Notes under the pieces: generated by a model | Database searches by the model: none | Told to the model about the DNA's origin: nothing | The model's input: the letters and a program-made list of their open reading frames with translations, nothing else | Assembly: GCF_004010195.1 (NCBI RefSeq) | Contig: NC_057757.1 | Location: 8,932,980 to 8,982,502, forward strand | DNA from: Chiloscyllium plagiosum | Taxonomy: Eukaryota | DNA length: 49,523 nt | Reading direction: 5' to 3' | Shown here: positions 24,944-35,651 of the stretch, one piece after another | Numbering within the stretch: position 1 is the stretch's first letter | Layout of the letters: every line of letters starts with the position of its first letter | Translations under genes and position numbers: made by a program

Positions 24944-25524
24944 TCGTGTCGGATTATTCTGTCTCTAGTTCTATTTCTTCTCTGGCGATTCCTCAGAGTA
25001 GAATGATTTGTTTCTCTCCATCTCTGTAATGTCTCCCAAATCAACGTTGAATCATTCATAACCCTGTTGAATGGCAGAGCAGCCTGGAGGGGCTGAATGG
25101 CCTCTGCCTGCTCCTATTTCAGATGGTCTTATGTTCTTATTGCTATCATTCGGCCCTTAGCCCTAACCCTGGAGGCTATGACGCCACAAGGGGCTGATCT
25201 GAAGAGTGTTGCACTCTTCTGAAAGTATGGAAGTGAACCTGCCTTTCTGGATTGGCGTTCCAGACTCTGAGTGAGAAGTGAAATCTCCTCGAGGCTCCTC
25301 TTAGTCTCTCACTGCAAGATAGAGCAGGCCAGTCACAAAGCAAACAGCAGGATAGATGTGCTCTGTTCTGCAGGTGCATTTCAGAAGGAGATGCTTGTCT
25401 CCTTCATCAGTTTTCTGTGCACTCCGTCCTGGTTTGAGGGGCCGAAAAGCCTATCTCCAGTTTACTATTGAGGTGCAGGCTGCCCAATATTGACTTATAC
25501 AGGCCATGTTTCCAGACTGAAACT

Positions 25525-25745
25525 GATTAGCTCGGATGGCTGGACAGTTAGTTCGCAATACAGAATAAAGCCAAATGTAGGGGTGCAATTCCCCCACTGG
25601 CTGGCACTACAATGGAGGATTCTCTTTCTCAACCCCTCCTCTCTCCTGTCACATGGTGAACCCAAGATTAAACCACCATGACTCATCTCTCTCTAATGAG
25701 GAGTTGCCCCATGTTCGAGTAAGACTACGGTGAGTTTACATTTAC
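25525..25745 (+). mobile_element. Decayed tRNA-derived SINE (same family as 16205-16540)
   Basis: Head ttagctcggatggctggacag...gtgcaattccc; body ttaaaccacc...ctctctctaatgag. Confidence 0.55.
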
Positions 25746-25749
25746 TTGC

Positions 25750-26330
25750 ATCTGGAGCACTGTGTACAGGACTGGTCAGTGTACTGACAGAGGGATATTA
25801 ATGTGTGGAAATAGATCAGAGAAGGTTTACTGGTTTCATCCACACTGGAATGATCGGATTGCTTGATGAGGAAAGTGTGCTCACCTAATCAAACTCTTCA
25901 AGACGTTAGCAGGAAAAGACAGGACAGATCAAGGGCGGCACGGTGGCACAGTGGTTAGCACTGCTGCCTCACATGATCGGATTGCTTGATGAGGAAAGTG
26001 TGCTCACCTAATCAAACTCTTCAAGACGTTAGCAGGAAAAGACAGGACAGATCAAGATAAATGATTCCCACTGGCTGGCGATTTGAGAACGAGAGGGAGC
26101 AGAGTATGAGAATGAGGACCCAGAGCGTTCAGAAGCAATGCTATCACAACCACCTGATGAAGGAGCAGCGCTCCAAAAGCTAGTGCTTCCAATTAAACCT
26201 GTTGCACTATAACCCGGTGTTGTGTGATGTTATGAAGCACTTTGACACACAAAGGGTGGGAGTGGTTTGGAACGCTCTTCCCCAAACAGCAGTGGATGAT
26301 GGATCAGTTGTTCAGGTTAAATCTGAGAGA
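25750..26330 (+). mobile_element. Old CR1 3' fragment containing an 84-bp duplication, an HE1 SINE head (25934-25972) and a Penelope terminal piece (about 26145-26230)
   Basis: HLEHCVQDWS, DQRRFT and TQRVGVVWNALPQ motifs. Inserts recognised by similarity to copies elsewhere in the window. Confidence 0.7.
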
Positions 26331-27084
26331 GTGTTTTTTTTTTACAAGTTTTGCTGTAGAACAGGCATCAATTTGGCTTTAGTCTGCTTGCACTGTTTTC
26401 GATGTTGAACTTAACTTCACTTTATTTTTCTTTAAATGATCAGTGATGCCTTTGTCTCCAGTGGATGTGATCAGCAGCAGCGTCAAAACACCCACTGGAG
26501 CCCTTAGGTCTGAATCGGCACATGCAGCCAGTTCCCAAGCCCGCACTCAGTCAGGTTGGACCGTGGCCGAGTTTCCCATCTGCACCAATCGGCAACTCAC
26601 CTTCGCTTGCTCCAGGGCAACTCATCTCAGCCACAACGGACCAAACCCCACACTCCGAAGCTTCATCAATAACTTCAGCTCCGCCCACAGTAGCAGCTTC
26701 TTCCACCAGTCAAAATCCACAAAACGTTCGGAAGAGAACCCTTTGTGGACAATGCAGTATTCTGTCCGCTTTGCCCAGAGAGCAAGCTGAGACGGTTAAC
26801 AGTGAGACTGGAGAACACAAACACAAAAACACAATCACACAATGGTCACCATGGACACCGCTTCACTGTGTGTGATCCGAGATAGTTTACGCTGGGTCTC
26901 CTTGACCATCATAGATGCTAGTCTACTGCCAAGGACGGCACATCTTCACTGGTCCTGGTATCCTCCATCCTGTTGGGAACGACTGTGATGGTTTCATGGA
27001 GGGTGATGAGCCAAGCCTTATAGGCCCCGAGTGTTTGTACCTCTGTCAGCCGCTACATTGCTTCCTAACTCCTCATCCAGCCTT

Positions 27085-27860
27085 TACATCCCTTCCTACC
27101 TCTGTAACCTTCTCCAGCTCCTATATCCCTATCTCTGTAACCTTCTCCAGCTCCTACATCCCTCCCTATCTCTGTAACCTCCTCCAGCCCCTACATCCCT
27201 CCCTATCTCTGTAACCCCCTCAAGCTCCTAATTCCCTCCCTATCTCTGCAACCTCCTCCAGCCTCTACACTCCTCCCTATCTCTGTAACCTCCTCCAGCC
27301 CCTACCCCTGCCCTATCTCAGTAACTTCCTCCAGCCCTTACACCCCTTCCCTATCTCTGTAACTTCCTCCAGCCCCTACACCCTTCCTTATCTCTGTAAC
27401 CTCCTCCGGCCCCTACATCTCTCACTGTCTCTGTAACCTCCTCCAGTCCTACATCTCTTCTTATCTCTGTCACCTCCTTCAACCCCTACACAACTTCCTG
27501 TTCTGTAATGTCCTCCAACCCCAACACCCCCTCCCTATATCTGTAAACTTATCCAGATTTACTCCATTCCCTAACTCTGTAAATGCCTCCAGCACCTACA
27601 CCCCTCCTTATCTCTCGAAACTCCTCTCACCCCTACTCTACTTCCTATCTCTGTAAACTCATCCAACCCCTCCCTATCTCTGTAAATGCTTCCAGCACCT
27701 ACACCTCTCTCTTTCTCTGAAAACTACTGCAGTGCCTACATACCTCCCTATCTCTGTAAGCTCCCCGATCGCTTACACTCCTCCCTACCTCTGTAAACTG
27801 CTCCAGTCCCTACACCCACTCCCTATATCTGAACCCACCTACAGCCCCTACAGCCCTCCC
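27085..27860 (+). repeat. Minisatellite, unit about 37 bp (CCCTCCCTATCTCTGTAACCTCCTCCAGCCCCTACAC), roughly 20 copies
   Basis: tatctctgtaa recurs at 37-bp spacing (for example 27167 and 27204). Copies become more degenerate toward the 3' end. Confidence 0.95.
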
Positions 27861-27864
27861 CAAC

Positions 27865-30347
27865 TCCTTCATTAGGTGGTTGTGGAGCATAACATCGTAA
27901 AACACAGAATTTATAGCAAAAGATTATCGTGTGATGTAACTGAAATTATATATTGGAAAAGACCTGGATTGTTTCTTACGTCTCTCATCTTTTTAAATGA
28001 CCATGTTGGTTTCAGTTCTTTCATATATAAATCCCAGAACCTTTTTAAAGTTACATTCGCAAGTGAACTTTAACAATAGATGCCATGTCAGCTCAGACAA
28101 TGCACTGAAGGTGTGAGGTGCCCTTTGTGAGGCTGTCTGTGCTATAATGTTCGGACCAATTCGATTTCTGAAGAAGGGATTTACAGAATCTGATATGCAT
28201 TTATGCAGTTTTTGAGCGAAATAAAATGTAATTCTGCAAGTACAAATTCACTGGACAAAGTTTGTGCGTGTGTGCATGTGTGTTTTTGGGGGGAGGTGAG
28301 ATGCATGCCCGTGTGAGTGTAAAGGTGTATAAGTCTGTGAGACGTTGCATGGGTGGGTGATTTTGTGGTTGTTTCTGTGTGAGCGTACGAGAAACCCACA
28401 GTTGCACATAAATCTCTTGGCCTCTAACCTGGTGTTGTGTGATTTTTAACTTTGTACACCCCAGTCCAACACCGGCACCTCTAACTCATGACTACTATCG
28501 ACACCACAAATTGTGGAGAAGCTTTAAGTGCAGATGATTTCCAAGATATTAACACAGACATCAAGTTTCTTCAGAAACGAAAGTTTCCAAAAAGGAAAGT
28601 TCCTAAAAGGATTACGGATCACACATCCACTCAAGTTGACCTGCAACACTGATTACGGGGACAGACTTTGTCACCATGCCTCTCACAAACTCCACAATCA
28701 TCTTGAGCACCAACTCTACAGCAGGAGCCACAACCTCGAAATTTGGATGGAGTCCACACTCTCAGAATTCACTCAGCACACAGCAGTACAATTACAGGAC
28801 ATTGCCAAACAAGCATTGAGACAAAACTACACGATGTTCATGCACACCAATATCAGCTGGAGAAACTTGACATCACCACCAGCAGTAGTCAAGCCTGCCC
28901 TGGCACCAAAGTGGAAAACGTTATCATCACAGGGAAGTTGACCGTTAACTTATCGGACTACATCCTTCAACCGGAAGAGATTGAATTTCTCACCAGTGGT
29001 CTCAATTTCTGTCCAACCACCAAAATGGGCCCCGTGAGTCTTGCAGCAGACATGAAGGAGTTCATCAGATGAATGAGACTGCGGGAGTTCTTTCAAGACG
29101 CCAGCAGTGATCGCAAGGAGCCCACTGACGAACTGGAACAGTCATCACAGGGATCCGTAGAATAGCGACCAAAGAAGGAGCCAACTTGGACACCACAGGA
29201 GGGCCACTGCCCTGGGCTTGACATGTATGCTTAAACCATCAGAAAATAGAAAAATGCCAGATTCATAGGCCGCACCCACAAGGTACAGCAAAACATCCCC
29301 TGATCACAACGCAACGCCATCCAGGCTCTCACAACAAATCACAACATTGTCAACAAAACAGCAAATAAAGGAGGAGCCATTGTCATTCAGGATAGAACAG
29401 ATTACTGCAAGGAAGTGTACGGACAACTGAACAATCAGGAACACTACCGGCCAAAGAACACCACCCGTGAACTCAACACATTGACCAGGACTTTGGATCC
29501 AGTCCTTCAGAGTTCCCTACGCACCCACATCCCATGTTCTTCTCATGTACATGACTTCTACTGCCTTCCAAAGACACACAAAGCCAACACACCAGTACGT
29601 CCCATCATATCAGGCAATGGGACCCTGTGTGAGAACCTCCCTGGCTATGTCAAAGGCATCTTGAAACCCATTGTACAGGGGACCGCAAGCTTCTGTTGTG
29701 ACACTACAGATTTCTTACAGACACTCAGCACCCACTGACCAGTTGATCCGGGAACATTCCTCATCACAATGTGTGTTTCAGCACTCTACACCAGCATCCG
29801 CGCCCCCCTCAAATGATGGCAAGGCAGCAACTGCCTCAGTACTCAACACCAACAACTGCAATTTCCGAGCACCATCCTACAACTCATTTACTTTATCATC
29901 AACCTCAACATGCTCACCTTTGACAACTAGTTCTTCATGCAAACTCACACCAAACCGCTATGGGGACCACATTTGCACTCCAGTATGCCAATATTTTCAT
30001 GCACAGGTTCGAACAAGACTTCCAACTAACACTATAAACCAGGTACATGGACAGTATTTTCTTCCTCTGGACACGTGGCGTGGAGCTTTTGCAACAATTA
30101 CACCATAATATTAACGAGTTTCATTCTACTATCAAACTCGGGATGGGCTATTCTTTAGTATCTGTCTCATTCTTGGACACATGCATCTCCATCAAGGATG
30201 GGCACCTCAGCACCTCACTCTACCGGAAACCTACAAAAATCCCCACGATGCTACACGTCTCCAGCTTACCATATTAAAACTGCTATTGCCTCTGGGCAAG
30301 TCCTACGAATACAATGGATCTGTTCAGATGAGGAGGAACATGATGGG
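27865..30347 (+). mobile_element. Penelope-like retroelement: inverted terminal-repeat segment (about 27865-28400) followed by a disrupted ORF with RT
   Basis: VNLSDYILQPEEIEFLTSGLNFCPT, YCLPKTHK, PVRPIISGNGTLCE, VSFLDTCISI and STSLYRKPT are Penelope RT motifs. 27865-27920 matches 46125-46180, and 28425-28480 is the reverse complement of 46025-46080. Runs into a gap. Confidence 0.9.
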
Positions 30348-30847
30348 NNNNNNNNNNNNNNNNNNNNNNNNNNNNNNNNNNNNNNNNNNNNNNNNNNNNN
30401 NNNNNNNNNNNNNNNNNNNNNNNNNNNNNNNNNNNNNNNNNNNNNNNNNNNNNNNNNNNNNNNNNNNNNNNNNNNNNNNNNNNNNNNNNNNNNNNNNNNN
30501 NNNNNNNNNNNNNNNNNNNNNNNNNNNNNNNNNNNNNNNNNNNNNNNNNNNNNNNNNNNNNNNNNNNNNNNNNNNNNNNNNNNNNNNNNNNNNNNNNNNN
30601 NNNNNNNNNNNNNNNNNNNNNNNNNNNNNNNNNNNNNNNNNNNNNNNNNNNNNNNNNNNNNNNNNNNNNNNNNNNNNNNNNNNNNNNNNNNNNNNNNNNN
30701 NNNNNNNNNNNNNNNNNNNNNNNNNNNNNNNNNNNNNNNNNNNNNNNNNNNNNNNNNNNNNNNNNNNNNNNNNNNNNNNNNNNNNNNNNNNNNNNNNNNN
30801 NNNNNNNNNNNNNNNNNNNNNNNNNNNNNNNNNNNNNNNNNNNNNNN

Positions 30848-31215
30848 TCCTGCTTTGCAGAACATTTATGTTCTGCCCAACAAAAAGATGCTGTGCTTCC
30901 AATTGCCTGCCACGTCTCCACCCCACCCTGCTCGCTGGCCAACATCTCTGTCTCAGGCTTGGTGCAGTGCTCCAGCGAAGCTCTGAGCAAGCTGGAATAA
31001 CAGCGCTTCCTCTTCCACCCAGGAACTCCACAGCATTCTGGACATGGTATTGAGTTCAACAACTTTAGGGCTTAACCTCTCCCAAGTCCTTACCCTCACC
31101 CCTACACTCCGAGCCGTGTTCCAACATAGTCTACTAGTATACAGAACCCACTGTTACCAACTAACATTCCCCATTAACAGCTATTCACCCTCCGAGCCAG
31201 ATCCTTATCCACTCC
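30848..31215 (+). mobile_element. Penelope-like element 3' end (decayed GIY-YIG C-terminus and 3'UTR)
   Basis: PIACH...ANISVSGLVQCSSEA.SKLE*QRFLF...GIEFNNFR parallels the ERLIFRLRTLQPQGMNADF end at about 37640-37700. Confidence 0.65.
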
Positions 31216-31920
31216 TTTGATGCAAATACCTCACTTGCTCTACCCACCAACTTTGTTTGGATCAACAATATCCGAATGGTCACCGGCCACTTCATTTGTT
31301 TAGCCACGTTCTCAAAGAATTGAAAAACACTTCTACATCTGTCTCATAGAAAGAACACAGTGCTTGGACATATTTAAACAGATACCAATCTGGCCTTTGG
31401 CTACAATGGGCTTGCTCATGATCACTATCCCACTCACGCAACCTCCCTTCTACCTCCACTCTCACCCTTTTAAGTTGACTTGCCCCTCTAATTGCTAACT
31501 TCTGATTTGAAATTCTCTCCCGCTTTCTCTTTTCTCTTCTTTTAATTGCAATTCACACTGTTGCATTTCCTTTTCATTTACAAGCTGCATTTGAATTCTA
31601 GCCATTTCCAAAGATTTCAGTGGCATTCCCAGCAATGTTAAATGCCGCGTTATTGTTGCAATTACTTCCCCTTTTCTCACAGACCCTGTCAACCCCAACG
31701 CCAACTTGTCTGCAAACCCCAACTCCAGCTTGTCTATAAACCCCAACTCCAACTTGTCTACAACCCCAACTCCAGCTTGTCTATAAACCCCAACTCCAAC
31801 TTGTCTACAAACCCCAACTCCAGCTTGTTTGCTTTGCTCAATTTTTTGCAAATCCCCCAAAAGTCACTTCGTCCAATACCAAAATAGTTTTAAACATCCA
31901 AAACAAATGACACTAACACC
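31216..31920 (-). mobile_element. Gypsy (Gmr1-like) gag 5' fragment with an internal 24-bp tandem expansion
   Basis: Minus strand: GDLQK...DKLELG...SVRKGEVIATI, a coiled-coil-like segment, then LFKYVQAL...DVEVFF / FENVAKQMKWP...LLIQTKLVGRASEVFAS. About 6 copies of accccaactcca(g/a)cttgtcta at 31690-31830. Confidence 0.75.
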
Positions 31921-31989
31921 TACCACTTGCTGCGTCAAGTCCAACAATCCTAAACCCAACTTAGAATGATACATTGTGATCCGGACATT

Positions 31990-32654
31990 TGTTATGGAGC
32001 AGACCAGACACCTTGAAGATATTTATTGAAAGTCACCTGGACCCTCACCTTTTCTTTTTTTAAAGGTAGATGTGAAGTGCGTATTCCAGATACAATGCGG
32101 CTGGTCAAACGACCCGACGTTAAGTAAAACACAATAGATTTAAACACTACAGTTAAAATACAAACAAGATAAAGAGGAATTTAGAATAACTCGACTATTG
32201 GAAAATTTAACTGAATAATAAGAGGGGTACCTATTACTAATAAACTGTTCCAATGTGGTAACATCCCATAAACTCACCGCTTGGCAAAACTGCCAATTCA
32301 GGCCCAGATTCTTAAATACAGTTCTTCAATCCTGGTGGAACAAAGCATCAAAAGAGATCCCAGAAAAAGTACCAGCTCGGAATCTTTCACTGAAGCTCCC
32401 TACTCTTCTGGGACCCCAGATAGCTTCTGACTGCTCCAGCTAAAATATAAACGAGAAAGTCTGGTCTGTGAGAGCTGGCCACTCCCATTGAAGCTGCTTC
32501 CATTGTTCCAACCTTTAAAAGTAACAGAAAGGCCTCCTACCTTATTTACTGGAGCCATCTCCAGTAGCCAGTTTGGCACCTCTGCCTTTACAACCTCTTT
32601 AAAAAAAAACACAGGATATAATAACGTTTTGAAGGAAATGACAGCGTCGTTACA
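31990..32654 (-). mobile_element. 5' LTR of the adjacent gag-bearing element
   Basis: TGTTA...TTACA termini, directly upstream of gag on the minus strand. It is followed by aatgtccggatc, a possible remnant of a tRNA-Pro primer-binding site (TGGGGGCTCGTCCGGGAT). Shares its terminus with the solo LTR at 9578. Confidence 0.7.
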
Positions 32655-32694
32655 GGTGGGGTTGAACGGGGATCCTTGGTAAATGTGCTGCATT

Positions 32695-33125
32695 AAGTCA
32701 TGGAGTCATAGAGTCTACTCCACAGTAAAAAGGCCCTTTGGCCAACACATCTGCGCCAGTCAGAAATGACCACCTATCTATTCTAATCCCATTTTCCAGC
32801 ACTTGTCCCATAGCCTTGTGCTTATCAAAATAACTCTTCAATGTTGTGAGTGTGTCTATCTCTACAGGCAGGAAGTTCCAGATTCCCACCACCATCTGGG
32901 TGAAAAGGTTTTCTCTCTCACATCTCCTCTAAACATGCTGCCCTTTAAGTTAAATTGACACCGCACCCCCTCCCCTCCAGGCATTGCTCTCTCCATCAAG
33001 AGGAAATGTTCCTTCCTGTCTATGCTGTCTGTGCTCCTGATGATTGGAAATGTCTCATCGATGTCTCTTCTCAATCACCTCTGCTCCTGTGGAAGAGCAC
33101 CCCAGTCTGTTCAATCGCTTTTCAT
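32695..33125 (-). mobile_element. Decayed CR1 3' end
   Basis: FRGDVREK, VVGIWNFLP, and a tail reading gactctatgactccatgact on the minus strand. Confidence 0.8.
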
Positions 33126-33404
33126 ACCTCCGGGAAAGGTCTATGAACACAACCAAAACCTGATGGCTATGTCCTGCCACTTCCCTCCTGAACACCTCCA
33201 TTGAATCTGTATCCATCATAATCTGAGGCAGTGCACCCAGAGGCAAACAATTAGCTGCAGGATTGACCTTTGCTCATGTCTCCATTGCTTCTTTCACCAA
33301 ATGTTTAAAATCGATGTAGATGTGTTTGTCAATCTGTGGGAACATTATTTGTTCATTACCAACTGTGTCTGGAACACCCATGTTTTGTGTACCCATACGA
33401 CACC

Positions 33405-34282
33405 AGGCAACACCAAAATGGGAGGGGTAGTGGGTAGCGAAGAAGGTCACCTCAGAGTACAATGGTCTCTTGATCAGATGGACCAATGGGCTGAGCAGCA
33501 ACATATGGAGGTTAATTTTGATAAATGCGCGGTTCTGCATTTTGGAAAAATAAATCTTAGCAGCACTTACATATTTATTGGTAAGGTCTTAGGGAGTGTT
33601 GCTGAGCAAAGAGACCTTGGAATGCAGGTTCATACCTCTTTTAATGTAGAGTCACAAGTAGATAGGATAGTGTAGAAGGTGTTTGGTATGCTTTCCTTGA
33701 TTTGTAAGAATATTGAGTATGAGAGTTGGGAGGTCATGTTGCAGCTGTACAGGACATTGATTCGGCCACTGGTGGAATATTGCGTGCAATTCTGATCTTG
33801 TGAAACTTGGAAACATTCAGAAAAGATTTAAAAGGATAGTGCCTGGGTTGAATGATTTGAGGTACATGGAGAGGCTGAACACGCAGGGGCTGTTTTCCTT
33901 GGAGTGTCAGAAGCTGAGGATGACCTTATACAGTTCATAAAATCATGAGGGGCATGGATAGGATAAATAGACAGAGTAGTCCAAAACTAGAGGACATAGG
34001 TTTAGGATGAGAATGGAAAGATATAAAAGCGAGCGAAGGGGCATCTGTTTCACGCAGAGGATGGTACGTGTATGGAATGAGCTGCCAGAGGAAGTTGTGG
34101 AGCTGGTGCAGTTGTAACATTTAAAAAGCATTTGGATGGGTATATGAATAGGAAGGGTTTGGAAGGATATGGGCCGGGTGTTGGCAAATGGTATTAGATT
34201 GGTTTGGGATATCTGGTTGGCATGGACGATTTGGACCAAAGGGTCTGTTTCTGTGTCGTACATCTCTATGACCCTATGACTC
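33405..34282 (+). mobile_element. 5'-truncated CR1 LINE
   Basis: NTKMGGVV...FDKCAVLHFGK...RDLGMQVH; 3'UTR ending ctctatgaccctatgact. Confidence 0.9.
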
Positions 34283-35171
34283 ATATTAATCCCACAACTA
34301 TTTTTAAAAAAATTATGTTTGAAGAACAATCTCCCTCTCTCGATTCTATTCACGCAACTGAAGTTCCTTAGGTTTTACCCACATGAATGAATCTGCTCTT
34401 CACTCTCTTTCTTTGTGACTCTCTGACCAAACTGAAGCAATTGATAGTTGCTACTACCTCAGAGATTTCAAATTCTCCAGGTCTCTGCTCACCTCTGAAC
34501 GGGAGGTTTTCAGTCTTTTCAAATGGGAAAGGACCTGATGCAAAGTTTCAAGGCAAGTGGGGTGTATTCCATTCCTTTTCTATGTTTTGCCTTGCAGATG
34601 TTAGACAGGCTTTGGGGAGCCAAGAGGTGAGTTACTGAGTGCAGTATTCCAAGCTTCTGACTTGCTTTAGGCAGTATGTGTCCACCTACAGCACATGGAC
34701 TGTAGGGATGAAGAAAGCAGCCCATCCCCCACCTTCTGGAGAATAACTAGGGACTGGAAATAAATGCTGCTGCACCCAGAGACATCTTCAGCCCACCAGG
34801 TGCTAAAAAAAGCCAGAGCATTTATGTGGCTAGTTTAGTTAAGTTTCTAGTCAATGGCTCCAGGACGTTGCTGGTGGGGAAATCAGTGACTCTCCCCTCA
34901 GTGAACGTCTCCATTGAATTATGCCAACACTAGATCACTCAATGGACTGACAATTAAACTCTCCCATTATAATTTCTAATTTAGGTTTGTTCTTACTACC
35001 CACTGTTGATTTGTTTCAGAAGATATCTTTTTTAGAATTGTCAAACACGGACTATTCTAATAATATGCAGATTTGGACGAATGATTGTAATTGGGGGAGA
35101 AGGGATAGGGTTAACTGGTCAGGACATGTCCTGCTCATGCACACATTCCCCTTACAGTTTTTGATTTCATT

Positions 35172-35483
35172 TGGGCGGCATGGTGGCACAGTGGTTAGCA
35201 CTGCTGCCTCACAGCGCCTGAGACCCGCGTTCATTTCCCGCCTCAGGCGACTGATTGTGTGGAGTTTGCACGTTCTCCCCGTGTCTGCGTGGGTTTCCTC
35301 CGGGTGCTCCGGTTTCCTCCCACCGTCCAAAGATGTGCAGGTCAGGTTAATTGGCCGTGCAAAATTGCCCGTAGTCTTAGGTAAGGGGTGAATGTAGGGG
35401 CATGGGTGGGTTGCGCTTCAGCGGGTCGGTGTGGACTTGTTGGGCCGAAGGGCCTGTTTTCACGCTGTAATCTAATCTAATCT
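35172..35483 (+). mobile_element. HE1-type V-SINE, well preserved
   Basis: gggcggcatggtggcacagtggttagcactgctgcctcacag head, V-domain ggagtttgcacgttctccccgtgtctgcgtgggtttcctccgggtgctccggtttcctccc, (TAATC)n tail. Confidence 0.95.
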
Positions 35484-35651
35484 ACTTTTGTTTGTAGTTG
35501 TAATTAGGCTCATTAACTTGGGTATTGATTTTCTGATCTGATGAATTCTGCCTGCTACAAATGATGGAAGTTTTGTCAATTTCTCAAAAAGAGAACTGGC
35601 TAATCCCTGACAAGAATCATCAAAATAACTGTAATTTACAAAAGGGAAATT

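Noticed and set aside
25156..25170. cccttagccctaaccct as an interstitial telomeric repeat
   Set aside because: Only about two imperfect units, which is expected by chance.
26443..26875. Two overlapping ORFs (115 and 117 aa) as an annotated CDS
   Set aside because: No recognisable domain and no way to choose a frame. Kept only as part of the splice-signal finding.
30181..31062. Long ORFs spanning N runs (also 38004-39361, 46047-46813 and 6288-6910)
   Set aside because: They are open only because N codons contain no stops.
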